64,000 bases of DNA. It comes from Paraspadella gotoi. Its lineage: Eukaryota > Animalia > Chaetognatha. Position 1 is the first letter of the stretch; every line of letters starts with the position of its first letter. Positions 28,070 to 62,168 of the stretch are shown in pieces. The stretch is from assembly GCA_051294375.1 (NCBI GenBank), contig CM119268.1, positions 12,717,770-12,781,769 on the forward strand, read 5' to 3'. The notes beneath the pieces are model-generated. The model was given only the letters and a program-made list of their open reading frames with translations. It did no database searches and had not been told where the DNA came from. The position numbers and the translations under genes are program-made.

Positions 28070-28542
28070 CACTATATGAGCTTATAGGGGTGGATGACGG
28101 AAAATACACAGGGCCTCGCTATCGAGCCAGAACGACTACACTATATGAGCTTAGTAGGTGGATGACGGAAAATATCACAGGGCCTCGCTATCGAGGCCAG
28201 AACGACTACACTATATGAGCTTAGTAGGGTGGATAGACGGAAAATATCACAGGCCTCGCTATCGAGCCAGAACGACTACACTATATGAGCTTAGTAGGGT
28301 GGATGACGGAAAATATCACAGGGCCTCGCTATCGAGCCAGAACGACTACACTATATGAGCTTAGTAGGGTGGATGACGGAAATATACACAGGGCCCGCTA
28401 TCGAGCCAGAACGACTACACTATATGAGCTTAGTAGGGTGGATGACGGAAAATATCACAGGGCCTCGCTATCGAGCCAGAAACGACTACACTATATGAGC
28501 TTAGTAGGGTGGATGACGGAAAATATCACAGGGCCTCGCTAT
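28070..28542. repeat. 70-bp minisatellite, ~6.7 copies
   Basis: Unit cactatatgagcttagtagggtggatgacggaaaatatcacagggcctcgctatcgagccagaacgacta. Confidence 0.95.
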
Positions 28543-29185
28543 TGCCCCCAGTCACCCTTTTGCGCCCATCTCCCCAAAAAAGATTTTCACGTTATCTTCT
28601 TCGTCGTCGTCGTCAAACTCGTCCGTGTTAAGAATCGCGACGACTTCCCTCGTCTCCTCCGCCAAAATCCGCCGCGAACTGGCAGCCGCCGGCGCGGCGT
28701 CGCCAAAGGCTGCGCCGATTTCCACTTATGACGAGGACGCCGTCAACGAGGACCGATTGCGAGCCCACGGATGATTGACTCTGATTCTTAGGATGTCTTG
28801 GTTTTGATCTTGAGAATTCAATCTCTGTTAGGATTTGGCGGCGTTCTCGTCGGCGTCGTCCTATTTCGTTATGCTGTAATTTTCGCAAGTTCGTCTTTGA
28901 ACGCGATGACGCGACGATGTATCTTTTTAGTTTTAGTGTTATTAGTAATTTTTTTTTTTTTAAATGTATACGTTTTATACCTTCTTGACTTTTTGTTGGA
29001 CTTCGTATAATTATAATTGGATGAGAAAATTACCCTCGTGATCGCCGAGGCGAGGTCGTCACCGAGTCACCCTCTTTTAACGAGTTCGCGATTCGCATGC
29101 GTTTTTGACATCTCGCTGAGAATAGATCGAGCGTGGGAAGGAGAAATGACGAGAGATCGAAATATGCAAATCAAGAGGAAAAAAA

Positions 29186-29243
<58 letters not shown>

Positions 29244-29442
29244 AAGCGAAAGAGATAGAAAGAAAACAGCGGAGGCTCGATATAAAAGAATGATAAAGTG
29301 GGAGAATAATTGAAATCCTTGATCAGAATTTACGAGGGCGAAAATTCGTTTTGGTGAAAGAAGTCGGAAGAATTCGCTGAGTTGGGGCTAAAGGGTGGAC
29401 CAATAAAACGCCGTCGGTGGCTCGGGATGGCGGGAAAGAGAA

Positions 29443-29486
<44 letters not shown>

Positions 29487-31158
29487 AGATGTCTAGAGGC
29501 ACACCTTAGAGATAGAGGAGGAAGAAAGAGAGAAAGAAATTGACAACAACATGAAGATGGGGAAAGAAATGGTGAAAAGATAGAAATCGGAAGCAAAAGA
29601 AGGAGAGGGTGATAAGCAGAGAAATATGGAGGAAGAGAGAGAGAGAGAGAGAGAGAGAGACGGACGAGAGAAATATCCCCAGGGAATCGAAAAGAATAAA
29701 ATAAATCCTAGTAGTTGAGAAAGTGAAAGAACTTATCATTTTCTTTAATCTTTACTGGAGCGGTTAGAATTTTCGGGTTTGTAATGATAATATAATTTTT
29801 TTTCTTCAAAAAAAAAAAGGATATTAGATCAGTTAATGTTGTTTTCTCGGGTTTCAACAACGCTCTTGAGATTTAACTTTGGCTTTGGAAGCGGATTCGA
29901 GTGTTTCAATTTTTTTCTTTCTTTTAGTAAGAGGATTTTTTTTGTAGAGATGGGGGAACCAAGTATTACGCCGTCCAAAAAGGCGCAGTTTGAACTGGCT
30001 ATAAGGGGACAGTTTCAACTGCGCCCTCTTTCTGTTCACGAAAACTGTCTTCTTTTCCCCTGTTTTAGGGAATCCCCGCCACTATTTTTCATGGGGATTA
30101 ACATTTGAAGCCCTCAGCATTATCCACGGCGGGGAATCCCCGCCACTATTTTTGATGGGGATTGACATTTGAAGCCCTATCCCCGGCCCGAAAACATAAA
30201 AAATATTAATGATCCTAATTTAAAAATAAATAATATATTTGCTTGATAGCTGAGAATAGATTCGGTCTTTGCATACCAGAAAAAAAATTGAAAGTTAGTA
30301 GAAATAATAATTTATTCATAATGAATTAGCACAGTACTTCGAAGACTTCTGTCTTCCTCTAACGTACAAACATACAATGAAAAAAAATGGTATCTATTAC
30401 ATTCACATAACTTGCTTCACAGAAGTCTCTTCCCTCTCACTATTTTTAATCATATAAGTTTCTTCTTATAAATTTATATTGTCAGTTAGAAACCTGTTCC
30501 TACTAAAATACAGTTCTTGGAAAGTTTTTACAAAAAACTTTTAGTTACTTAAAAAATGTTGTTTCACTTTGAATAAAAGAAATATGTTGAGAAAAATTAT
30601 TAAATATAAAATAATCTAAAAAATATCAAAAATAAAATATATTCAGTTTAAAAAACTTTTATTGTTTCAGTTCATTTCTGTAGATAAATTATTTATATAA
30701 AATTTTATTTTTTTATTTTTTTAGTTGCAGCAACACTAGAAAAAAAATATTTTTTTTTCATTCTCTTTTCTTTTTTCAATAACTAAATCACTCACCATAA
30801 ACAAACCTAATAAATATACCTAATCCCTAAGCCTAACTTCAAAGCCAGTCTTTAACAAAAGCAAGTTTGAGCAAACAATGTCAGATCTGCCCACGATCAT
30901 TAGTGATAATTAATTAATTAATCAGTTAAAACATTAATTAAATTAATAAATTAATTGTTTGCGCAACTTAATTGATTGATTGATAGATTGATTTTTTTTT
31001 CTTTTTCTTTTCCTCTTTTTCTTTTCTTTTTTCTTTATTTTTATTTCCTTCTTCCTTTCTTTCTTTCTTTTTCTTTTTTTCTTTCTAAATCTTTTTTTTT
31101 TCTTTCTTATTTTTTTTTCTTGTTTTTCATATCTTTCTTTTCGTCTTCTTCTTCTTCG

Positions 31159-31265
31159 GAGAGAGAAAGAGAGACACAGAAAGAAGAGAAAAGAGAGAGA
31201 AGAGAGAGAGAGAGGAGAGAGTGAAGAGAGCGAGAGAGAGGAATAGAGAGAAGAGAGAGAGAAAT

Positions 31266-31323
<58 letters not shown>

Positions 31324-31372
31324 ATAGAGAGAGAGAGAGAGAAATAGAGAAATAGAAGAGAGAGAGAGAAAT

Positions 31373-31417
<45 letters not shown>

Positions 31418-31431
31418 GAGACAGAAAAAAA

Positions 31432-31472
<41 letters not shown>

Positions 31473-31490
31473 AGAGAGACGAGAGGAGAT
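31159..31490. repeat. Compound (AG)n/(AAATAG) purine tract; duplicate at ~36760-37095
   Basis: Direct reading. Confidence 0.85.
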
Positions 31491-31733
31491 AGATAAGTGG
31501 CCCATTGTCTTGTCCCCGTCATGATTTGGGGCGGGGATATGCCGGGAATGAAATCCCCGGCGAAGGCCGCCGCAGGGCGTAGTTGCGGTGAACTTATAGT
31601 TCTCTTCCCCGAAACTGCGCGAAGTTTAACAGTTTAAACTGCAAGGATATGGCCCGCGAAATATCTCGGGGGAACGAGAGATCCGTTTTCAAAGAGAAAA
31701 GGATAAAAGAAGGAGAGGTAAACAGAAAAAGCT

Positions 31734-31774
<41 letters not shown>

Positions 31775-33364
31775 AGAGCGGGATTGCAACGCGGGGTAGA
31801 GAAATTGTGAAAAGAGCTAGGGACATTTGATTAACCCCGTGATTTTTTTTTTTTTTTTTTTTTCTTTTTCCTTTTTTGTGTTTGATTAATGTTTCGGAAC
31901 AACTCTGGTCGCAGTAATTGAAATTTTTAAAAGCCTGCGACCGCGGAGGAATGTGGGGGTAACGGGGTATCCGGGTGGGGGACTGACGAGTGACGGCGAC
32001 TGTGACGACGACGACGATGAAGACCATCGATTAAACGCAACAACAATTGACGAAGACGCCGACAGAGGTCGCTTAACGATAGATTGTAACGAGGACGGAC
32101 AAGAAACAAGGGATCATTGCCACACAGATGGTTCACCGCCTTATTCTTTTCAAACCTTAAATTTAAAAAATTATTTAAATCCACGTAAATCATTTAAATT
32201 TAAATATCGGTTTAATCCTTTTTTTTCGTTTCGTTGTTAGATTTAGAAAACGTTTGAAATTNNNNNNNNNNNNNNNNNNNNNNNNNAGAGAGAGATTCTC
32301 TTTCTTCTCTCTCTCACTCTCTTTCTTTCCTCTCTCTCACTCTCTTTCTTTCTCTCTCTCACTCAACTTTCTTTCTCTCTCTCTCTTTTTCTTTCGCTTT
32401 CTCGATGCTTTTCTTTCAACTCTCGATCTCTCTCTCACTATTCTTTTCTTTTCTCTTCTCTCACTATTTCTTCATCTCTCGTCACTCTTTCTCTCTTACT
32501 TCTCTTTCTCTCTCTTCATCTCTTGCTTTCTCTCTCTCACTGCTCAATTCTTTTCTCTCGCTCCTCTCTCTAATAGCTCTCTCTCTCTCTGCTTAACTCA
32601 AACTTAACAAACAAAAGGCGATACTTTTTTTTCAAATTATCATTACAATTGCGAAATCTCCGTCGCACGCAAGAAGACTTTTCTTCCATTGATTATTCTC
32701 CTTCCACGAAAACGGTCCCTTGCGTTTCTCCTGTTACTCCTCCCTCTCCTTTTCTTAGGCTCCCGACGCCAATCGCGGCTCGCCGCCACAACCGCCTCCT
32801 CGAAAATCAGTTGTTCACGACAAACAAATATCCGAACGCTTTCCTTGGTTTGTGGTTCCGCCTTTCGACGTTGGATTTTGGTCGCCTCGACGTATGTTCT
32901 TGTTCCGCCCTTTAGGAAATTGGATCGCCATGTCACGAAAGATTTCAATTAATGAATTTTGGTTGATTTTCGCCTCCTCGTTTAATGAAATTGGTACCAA
33001 CAATATAAAAATTATCATTCATTAAATAAAAGCATCTTGCCCTGACTTTGGACAGGCTTTGGTGTTTAGGCCTCCATCGATTATTTTATTTTCATGGTTG
33101 TGATATTTAATTTCAGCGCCTCTCTCTCTCTCTCTACTCTCGTCCTCTCTCGTCTCTTGTCCTCATCCATCCGTCTTGTTCTCGTGTCTCGCAATCTATA
33201 TTCGCCCTCTTTTCCCGATCTCCTTTCAATCTTCTTCCTACTTCATGCGTCTTCAACTTTGATCTCCTTCTAATCGTCGTTTTAACTTGAAATTGGATCT
33301 GTCTCTGCTTCTCTCTCTCTCTTTCCTCTCCTGCTTTCTTCTCTCTTTCTTCCCTCCCTCCCTC

Positions 33365-33863
33365 CACTATAAATGAAGCTTAGTAGGGTGGATGAGGAAA
33401 ATATCACAGGGCCTCGCTATCGAAGCCAGAACGACTACAGACTATATGAGCTTAGTAGGGTGGATGACGGAAAATATCACAGGGCCTCGCTATCGAGGCC
33501 AGAACGACTACACTATATGGAGCTTTAGTAGGGTGGATGAGGAAAATATCACAGGGCCTCGCTATCGAGCCAGAACGACTACACTAATATGAAGCTTAGT
33601 AGGGTAGGATGACGGAAAATATCACAGGGCCTGCGCATCGGAACAGAACGACTACACTATATGGAGCTTAGTAGGATGGAGTGACGGAAAATATCACAGG
33701 GCCTGCGCTATCGAGCCAGAACGACTGACACTAATGATAGGCTTAGTAGGAGTGGGATGACGGAAAATATCACAGAGCCTCGCTTATTGAGCGCATGCAA
33801 CGACTGACACTATATGAGCTTAAGTAAGGGTGGATGACGGAAAATATCAGCACGGGTCGCTAT
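33365..33863. repeat. Second (noisier) copy of the 70-bp minisatellite
   Basis: Same unit and about the same copy number, with more insertions. Confidence 0.9.
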
Positions 33864-34510
33864 TGCCCCAGTCACCCTTTTGCGCCCATCTCCCCAAAAA
33901 AAGATTTTTCACGTTATCTTCTTCGTCGTCGTCGTCAACGTCGTCGGTGTTAAGAATCGCGACGACTTCCCTCGTCTCCTCCGCCAAAATCCGCCGCGAC
34001 TGCAGCCGCCGGCGCGGCGTCGCCCAAAGGCTGCGCCGATTCTCCACTTATGACGAGGACGCCGTCAACGAGACCGATTGCGAGCCCACGGATGATTGAC
34101 TCTGATTCTTAGGATGTTTGGTTTTGATCTTGAGAATTCAATCTCTGTTAGGATTTGGCGGCGTTCTCGTCGGCGTCGTCCTATTTGCGTTATGCTGTAA
34201 TTTTCGCAGTTCGGTCTTTGAACGCGATGACGGCGACGATGTATCTTTTTAGTTTTAGTGTTATTAGTAATTTTTTTTTTTTTTAAATGTATAACGTTTT
34301 ATACCTTCTTGACTTTTTGTTGGACTCGTATAATATAATTGGATAGAGAAATTACCCTCGTGATCGCCGAGGCGAGGTCGTCACCGAGTCACCTCTTTTA
34401 AACGAGTTCGCGATTCGCATGCGTTTTTTGACATCTCGCTGAGAATAGATCGAGCGTGGGAAGGAGAAATGACGAGAGATCGAAAATATTGCAAATCAAG
34501 AGGAAAAAAA

Positions 34511-34560
<50 letters not shown>

Positions 34561-36874
34561 AAGGAAAGAGATAGAAAGAAAACAGCGGAGGCTCGATATA
34601 AAAGAATGAAATAAAGGTGGGAGAATAATTAAAATCCTTGATCAGAATTTACGAGGGCGAAAATCCGTTTTGGTGAAAGATGTTCGGAAAGAATTCGCTG
34701 AGTTGGGTAAGGGTGGACCAATAAATAATAAAGGGTAATAAGGTAATAAAAGTACGCAATAAATACAATAAGTACCAAATAAGTGACAATAAGGAATAGA
34801 GGGCAATAAGTTGGCTAAAGGGTGGAAAATAGGGGGCTAAAGGTGGACCATAGTGAAATAAAAGTAAATAAAGGGTAGAATAAAGTGACCTAAATAAAAG
34901 GTGGACAAAAGGGTGGAGATAAAGGGTGACCAATAAGGGTGACCAAAAAGGGTGAAAATAAAAGGGGGGACAAAGGGTGGACCAATAAAGACGACGCAGT
35001 CAAGGTGGCTCGGGATGGCGGGAAAGAAAGGGAAGAGAGAGAAGAGAGAGGAGAGAGAGAGAGAAGAGATTTGGAGATGTCTAGAGGCAACACCTTAGAG
35101 ATAGAGGAGGAAGAAAGAGAGAAAGAAATTGACAACAACATGAAAGATGGGGAAAGAAATGGTGAAAAGATAGAAATCGGAAGCAAAAGAAGGAGAGGGT
35201 GATAAGCGAGAAATATGGAGGAAGAGAGAGAGAGAGAGAGAGAGAGAGACGGACGAGAGAAATATCCCCAGGGAATCGAAAAGAATAATAAAATCCTAGT
35301 AGTTGAGAAAGTGAAAGAACTTATCATTTTCTTTAATCTTAACTGGAGCGGGTTAAGAATTTTCCGGTTTGTAATGATAATATAATTTTTTTTCTTCAAA
35401 AAAAAAAAAAGGATATTAGATCAGTTAATGTTGTTTTCTCGGGTTTCAACAAACGCTCTTGAGATTTAAACTTTGGCTTTGGAAGCGAATTCGAGTGTTT
35501 CCAATTTTTTCTTTCCTTTTAGTAAGAGGATTTTTTTTTGTAGAGATGGGGGAACCAAGTATTACGGCCGTCCAAAAAGGCGCAGTTTGAACTGGCTATA
35601 AGGGGACAGTTTCCAACTGCGCCTCTTTCTGTCACCGGAAAAACTGTCTTCTTTTCCCCTGTTTTAGGGAATCCCGCCACTATTTTTTTCATGGGGATAA
35701 ACATTTGAAGCCCTCAGCATTATCCACGGCGGGGAATCCCCGCCACTATTTTTGATGGGGATTGAACATTTGAAGCCCTATCCCCGGCCCGAAAACATAA
35801 AAAATATTAATGATCCTAATTTAAAATAAATAAATAAATTTGCTTGATAGCTGAGAATAGATTCGGTCTTTGCATACCAGAAAAAAAAATTGAAAGTTAG
35901 TAGAAATAATAATTTATTCATAATGAATTAGCACAGTACTTCGAAGACTTCTGTCTTCCTCTAAGTAACAAAACATACAATGAAAAAAAATGTATCTATT
36001 ACATTCACATAACTTGCTTCACAGAAGTCTCTCCCTCTCACTATTTTTAATCATATAAGTTTTCTTCTTATAAATTTATATTGTCAGTTAGAAACCTGTT
36101 CCTACTAAAATACAGTTCTTGGAAAGTTTTTACCAAAAAACTTTTAGTTACTTAAAAATGTTGTTTCACTTTGATAAAAGAAATTGTTGAGAAAAATTAT
36201 TAAATATAAAATAATCTAAAAAATATCAAAAATAAAATATATTCAGTTAAAAAACTTTTATTGTTTCAGTTCATTTCTGTAGATAAATTATTTATATAAA
36301 TTTTTATTTTTTTATTTTTTTAGTTGGCAGCAACACTAAAAAAAATATTTTTTTTTCATTCTCTTTTCTTTTTTCAATAACTAAATCACTCACCATAAAC
36401 AAACCTAATAAATATACCTAAATCCCTAAGCCTAACTTCAAAGCCAGTCTTTACAAAAAGCAAGTTTGAGCAAACAATGTCAGATCTGCCGCACGATCAT
36501 TAGTGATAATTAATTAATAATCAGTTAAAACAATTAATTAAATTAATAAATTAATTGTTTGCGCAAACGTTAATTGATTGATTGATAGATTGATTTTTTT
36601 CTTTCTTTTTTCTTTTCTCTTTTTCTTTTCTTTTTTCTTTATTTTTATTTCCTTCTTCTTTCTTTCTTTCTTTTTCTTTTTTTCTTTCTATGCTTTCTTT
36701 TTTTCTTTCTTATTTTTTTTTCTTGTTTTTCATATCTTTCTTTTCGTCTTCTTCTTCTTCGAGAGAGAAAGAGAGACACAGAAAAGAGAGAAAGAGAGAG
36801 AAAAGAGAGAGAGAGAGAGAGAGAGGTGAGAGAGCGAGAGAAGAGAAATAGAGAGAGAGAGAGAGAAATGAGAG

Positions 36875-36910
<36 letters not shown>

Positions 36911-37031
36911 AAATAGAGAGAGAGAAATAGAGAGAGAGAGAGAAGAAATAGAGAAATAGAGAGAGAGAGAGAGAAATAGAGACAGAAAGAGAGAAGGAGA
37001 GAGAGAGAGAGAGAGAAATAGAGACAGAAAA

Positions 37032-37066
<35 letters not shown>

Positions 37067-37336
37067 GAGAAGAAGAGAGAGAGAGAGAGATAGATAAGTG
37101 CCCATTGTCTTGTCCCCGTCATGATTTGGGGCGGGGATATGCGGGAATGAAATCCCGGGCGAAGGCCGCCGCAGGGCGTAGTTGCGGTGAACTTATAGTT
37201 CTCTTCCGCCGAAACTGCGCGAAGTTTAACAGTTTAAACTGCAAGGATATGGCCCGCGAAATATCTCGGGGGAACGAGAGATCCGTTTTCAAAGAGAAAA
37301 GGATAAAAGAAGGAGAGGTAAAACAGAAAAAGCTAA

Positions 37337-37381
<45 letters not shown>

Positions 37382-37836
37382 GATTGCACGCGCGAGGTAG
37401 AGAAATTGTGAAAAGAGCTAGGGGACATTTGATTAACCGGTGATTTTTTTTTTTTTTTCTTTTTCCTTTTTTGTGTTTGATTAATGTTTCGGAACAACTC
37501 TCGGTCGCAGTAATTGAAATTTTAAAAAGCCTGCGACAGCGAGGAATGTGGGGGTAACGGGGTATCCGGGTGGGGACTGACGAGTGACGGCGACTGTGAC
37601 GACGACGACGATGAAGACCATCGATTAAACGCAAACAAACAATTGACGAAGACGCGCGACAGAGGTCGCTTAACGATAGATTGTAACGAGGACGGACAAG
37701 AAACAAGGGATCATTGCCACCACAGATGGTTCACCGCCTTATTCTTTTCAAACCTTAAATTTAAAAAATTATTTAAATCCACGTAAATCATTTAAATTTA
37801 TATCGGTTTAATCCTTTTTTTTCGTTTCGTTGTTAG

Positions 37837-38015
37837 ATTTAGAAAACGTTTGAAATTGATTACAACAACGATTTATTTATGATTAAAATAACGGACTTGT
37901 TTCGACTCATCAGCGTTTACGGGTTAACGCTGATGAAGGCTCGAAACAAGAGTCGAAACATGTCCGTTTTAATCATAGATAAATCGTTATAATCAATTTC
38001 AAACGTTTTCTAAAT
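37837..38015. mobile_element. Long imperfect inverted repeat, probable Penelope-like pseudo-LTR remnant / non-autonomous element
   Basis: Left arm atttagaaaacgtttgaaattgatta...gactcatcagcgtt is the reverse complement of the right arm aacgctgatga...taatcaatttcaaacgttttctaaat apart from a few small indels and substitutions. It contains the hammerhead. No TSD recognised. Confidence 0.65.
37926..37968 (+). ncRNA. Minimal type-I hammerhead ribozyme (Penelope-like element type)
   Basis: AACG-CUGAUGA-A-GGCUC(GAAACAA)GAGUC-GAAA-CAU-GUC-CGUU: both core boxes present, helix I AACG/CGUU, 5-bp helix II, palindromic ACAUGU helix III, GUC cleavage triplet (cut 3' of 37964). Confidence 0.8.
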
Positions 38016-38860
38016 TTAAATTTCAAAACTAATGACAGTGACGACGACCAAGACTGACAACGAAGATTTCGAAATCAGACGACGACAGAGTAACAACAAC
38101 GACGACAAAAAGCCGTTTACGCCGCGACACGCTGCCAAGTTCAAATCCCGTCTTTCCGTGAAAGGGAATCAACAAAACGAGCAATTAGCTTCGACGCGCG
38201 AATCAAATATCCATCTGAATTCTTTTTTTTCTCTCTCTTCTTGCTTTTCGAAATTCGTCGGTGGAATAATGGGGCTCGTGGTATTTCTGTGATTTAATGC
38301 CGAGAGAGGATTTTTCAATGTTTGGTATTGTTTGTAAGAATGATATTCTGACAAAGTTAAACATTTATTATTCAGGAATTCGGCGAATATACAAAAGGAA
38401 ACTCTCAGCGCTTCGTTCTGTTAAATTTTTGACTTTCGTTCCTGTTAGTCTCGTAACTTCCGCTCCTTAAAGTCCTTTGCTTCCGGGCCCCAACTCATCT
38501 TTCTTTCTCTTACTGAACTTTGTCATTCGTCATCTTTTTTGTCGTCGTCGCCTGATTGAACATAATCACGTTCTGTGACGCCTAATTCGCTGTGACGTAG
38601 CGTGATTAAGCGCCGTCGCTTTCGTCGTCTGCTTTTAATCTTAATTAAGGATAAATAAATTATTCGAAGAAATTAAAAATCGTTTTCCCTCCTCACCCTC
38701 GTTTCTAAGCAAACTATTTATTTTTACCCTTCGCTTTGAAATAAAAAATATTATAAAATTTTAAATGATTACATTTAATTTCAATATGAATTTATTCTCA
38801 TCCGCAATTATCCCTATTTTTTCCCATCGTCCCTTCTTCCTTTTTTTTTTTCACTTTCAG

Positions 38861-60455
<21,595 letters not shown>

Positions 60456-62120
60456 GTTCGGAAGAAGCGGGTGTTGATCGTTGTTCGTTTTTGTTCGTTA
60501 TTGATTTCGAGAAAAGGCGGCGGCTGCTGTCAAGAACTTCGAGCGAGATGTGGGAATTGTGGGAAGGGGATTGGCTTTATTCGGGGAAGTCATTCTGAAT
60601 CTTTTTCTCTGGCTCGCATTCAAGCGCCGTATCCCAATGTGACAAACGAATGACGCCTAATTTTGGAAGGCAACCGATTTCAACTCCTCGTCGGTTTCCA
60701 ACATCTCCCTAACCCTTCCTAGTGTCTGTGTGTCTCTCTCTCTCTCTCTCTCTCTCTCCCTCTCTCTCCATCACCCCTCTCTTCCGCGCTGAGTCGGAAC
60801 GCGCAATGACTCTTCGTCGCAATGAACGAGCTGGCCGGTGAAAAATAGGGATTCTCTCTCTCTCTCTTTTTTTTTTCCTCTCTGTCTCTCTTTCTCTCTC
60901 CCTCTCCCCCTTCTCGCTTCCCATTTCTGTCATTGAAAGAACGGTCGCCGAGGCTGCTAAAAGAGGAGATAATGACGACGACCACGACAGTGACAAGATC
61001 GACTATTCTCTGACCACTGGTCAGTCCCACTCCCGAGTTTCGTTACCGGTTCATCCAGAAGGTCAGCTTTGATATGGTTATAAAACTAGAACCGAGCCTT
61101 ATGATACCGAGACAAATATGAAGCATATGCACAAGTCTTTTTGTTGATCATCTTTGAAAGTATAAACTAAAATAACCAGTCAATGACGCGTTGAGATTTT
61201 GATCCCATGAACGTGATTTTTCATAGTCACGTGTCTACAGAAGTATGAACCATTTTCTCCACAAGCGTTTGATGATCCCTGACATTTCTCCGAAATATAT
61301 ATGCGTTTTATATGCTGAGAACAATTAGTTGAAACAGTTCATTCAAAAGGGCATATATACAGATAAACTCAAATGAATCAGCGTCACATAAATTATGTCA
61401 CAATGAATTTCTAGTCGCATTTTACGGTGACCACGAGACGGAACAGTGAACAAGTATGAAATTAACTCACGCTCGTACTCGCGGTGTAACTATAATAAAC
61501 AATTTCCGACTCCAATCCTTGACACCGGAAGATACTGTCATCACAGATTAAAATTACTTTCACAAGAGACCGTGAAAAAAACTCACACGCCAGCCTCTCC
61601 TCATTTCTGGCGCCGTGAGAAAAAAAAGAATGTGATTCGACGACAATGCGCGGAACGTGAAAGGGGAAGAGGGCTGCGAGGCCGCGCGGGGGGGGGCAGA
61701 CCCCCGCAGCACCTGAACCCGATGAACTCGGGAAAAGGTTTTTTTTTTTTGGTACGAGTCCACGTTTCGACCGCCTTCTGCCACGTTACGCCACGCCCAG
61801 CCACGCCCTGTTACGCCAAACGCTATGGTCCTCGATTGGACTCCTTCGTGGAAAATTTATCGCTCCTCTTTCCGCTGTGTTTTTTTTTTTTTTTTTATTA
61901 TTATTTCAATTTTGATATTTTGTTTTCTCCCTCGTTCGGGTTTGGATTTAGTTTATTTTCATCGAAACGGGATTGCGTCGTTTGACGTATTGTTAAATAA
62001 ACATTTACTAAAATTCGTCGTTATTTATATTTTTTAGTCTCTCGCGATCGAGGAGAAAATCTGCTCGGATCAATGGGATCAACTATTAACATCACCTGAA
62101 TTGATGATCAGCGAGCGAGC

Positions 62121-62168
<48 letters not shown>

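Larger units (their letters stand above)
27195..37857 (+). repeat. Tandem duplication of a ~5 kb block (27195-32261 vs 32287-37857) around a 25-N gap
   Basis: Collinear shared sequence, including the 70-bp minisatellite, hairpin cluster and compound AG tract, differing mainly by 1-nt indels. Confidence 0.92.

Noticed and set aside
28070-28542. CRISPR-like array
   Set aside because: Units are contiguous and near identical with no unique spacers, there are no cas genes, and the context is eukaryotic.
61020-61070. Second hammerhead on the minus strand (ctggatga...gaaac)
   Set aside because: The core deviates from CUGANGA, and no proper helix II or cleavage triplet was found.
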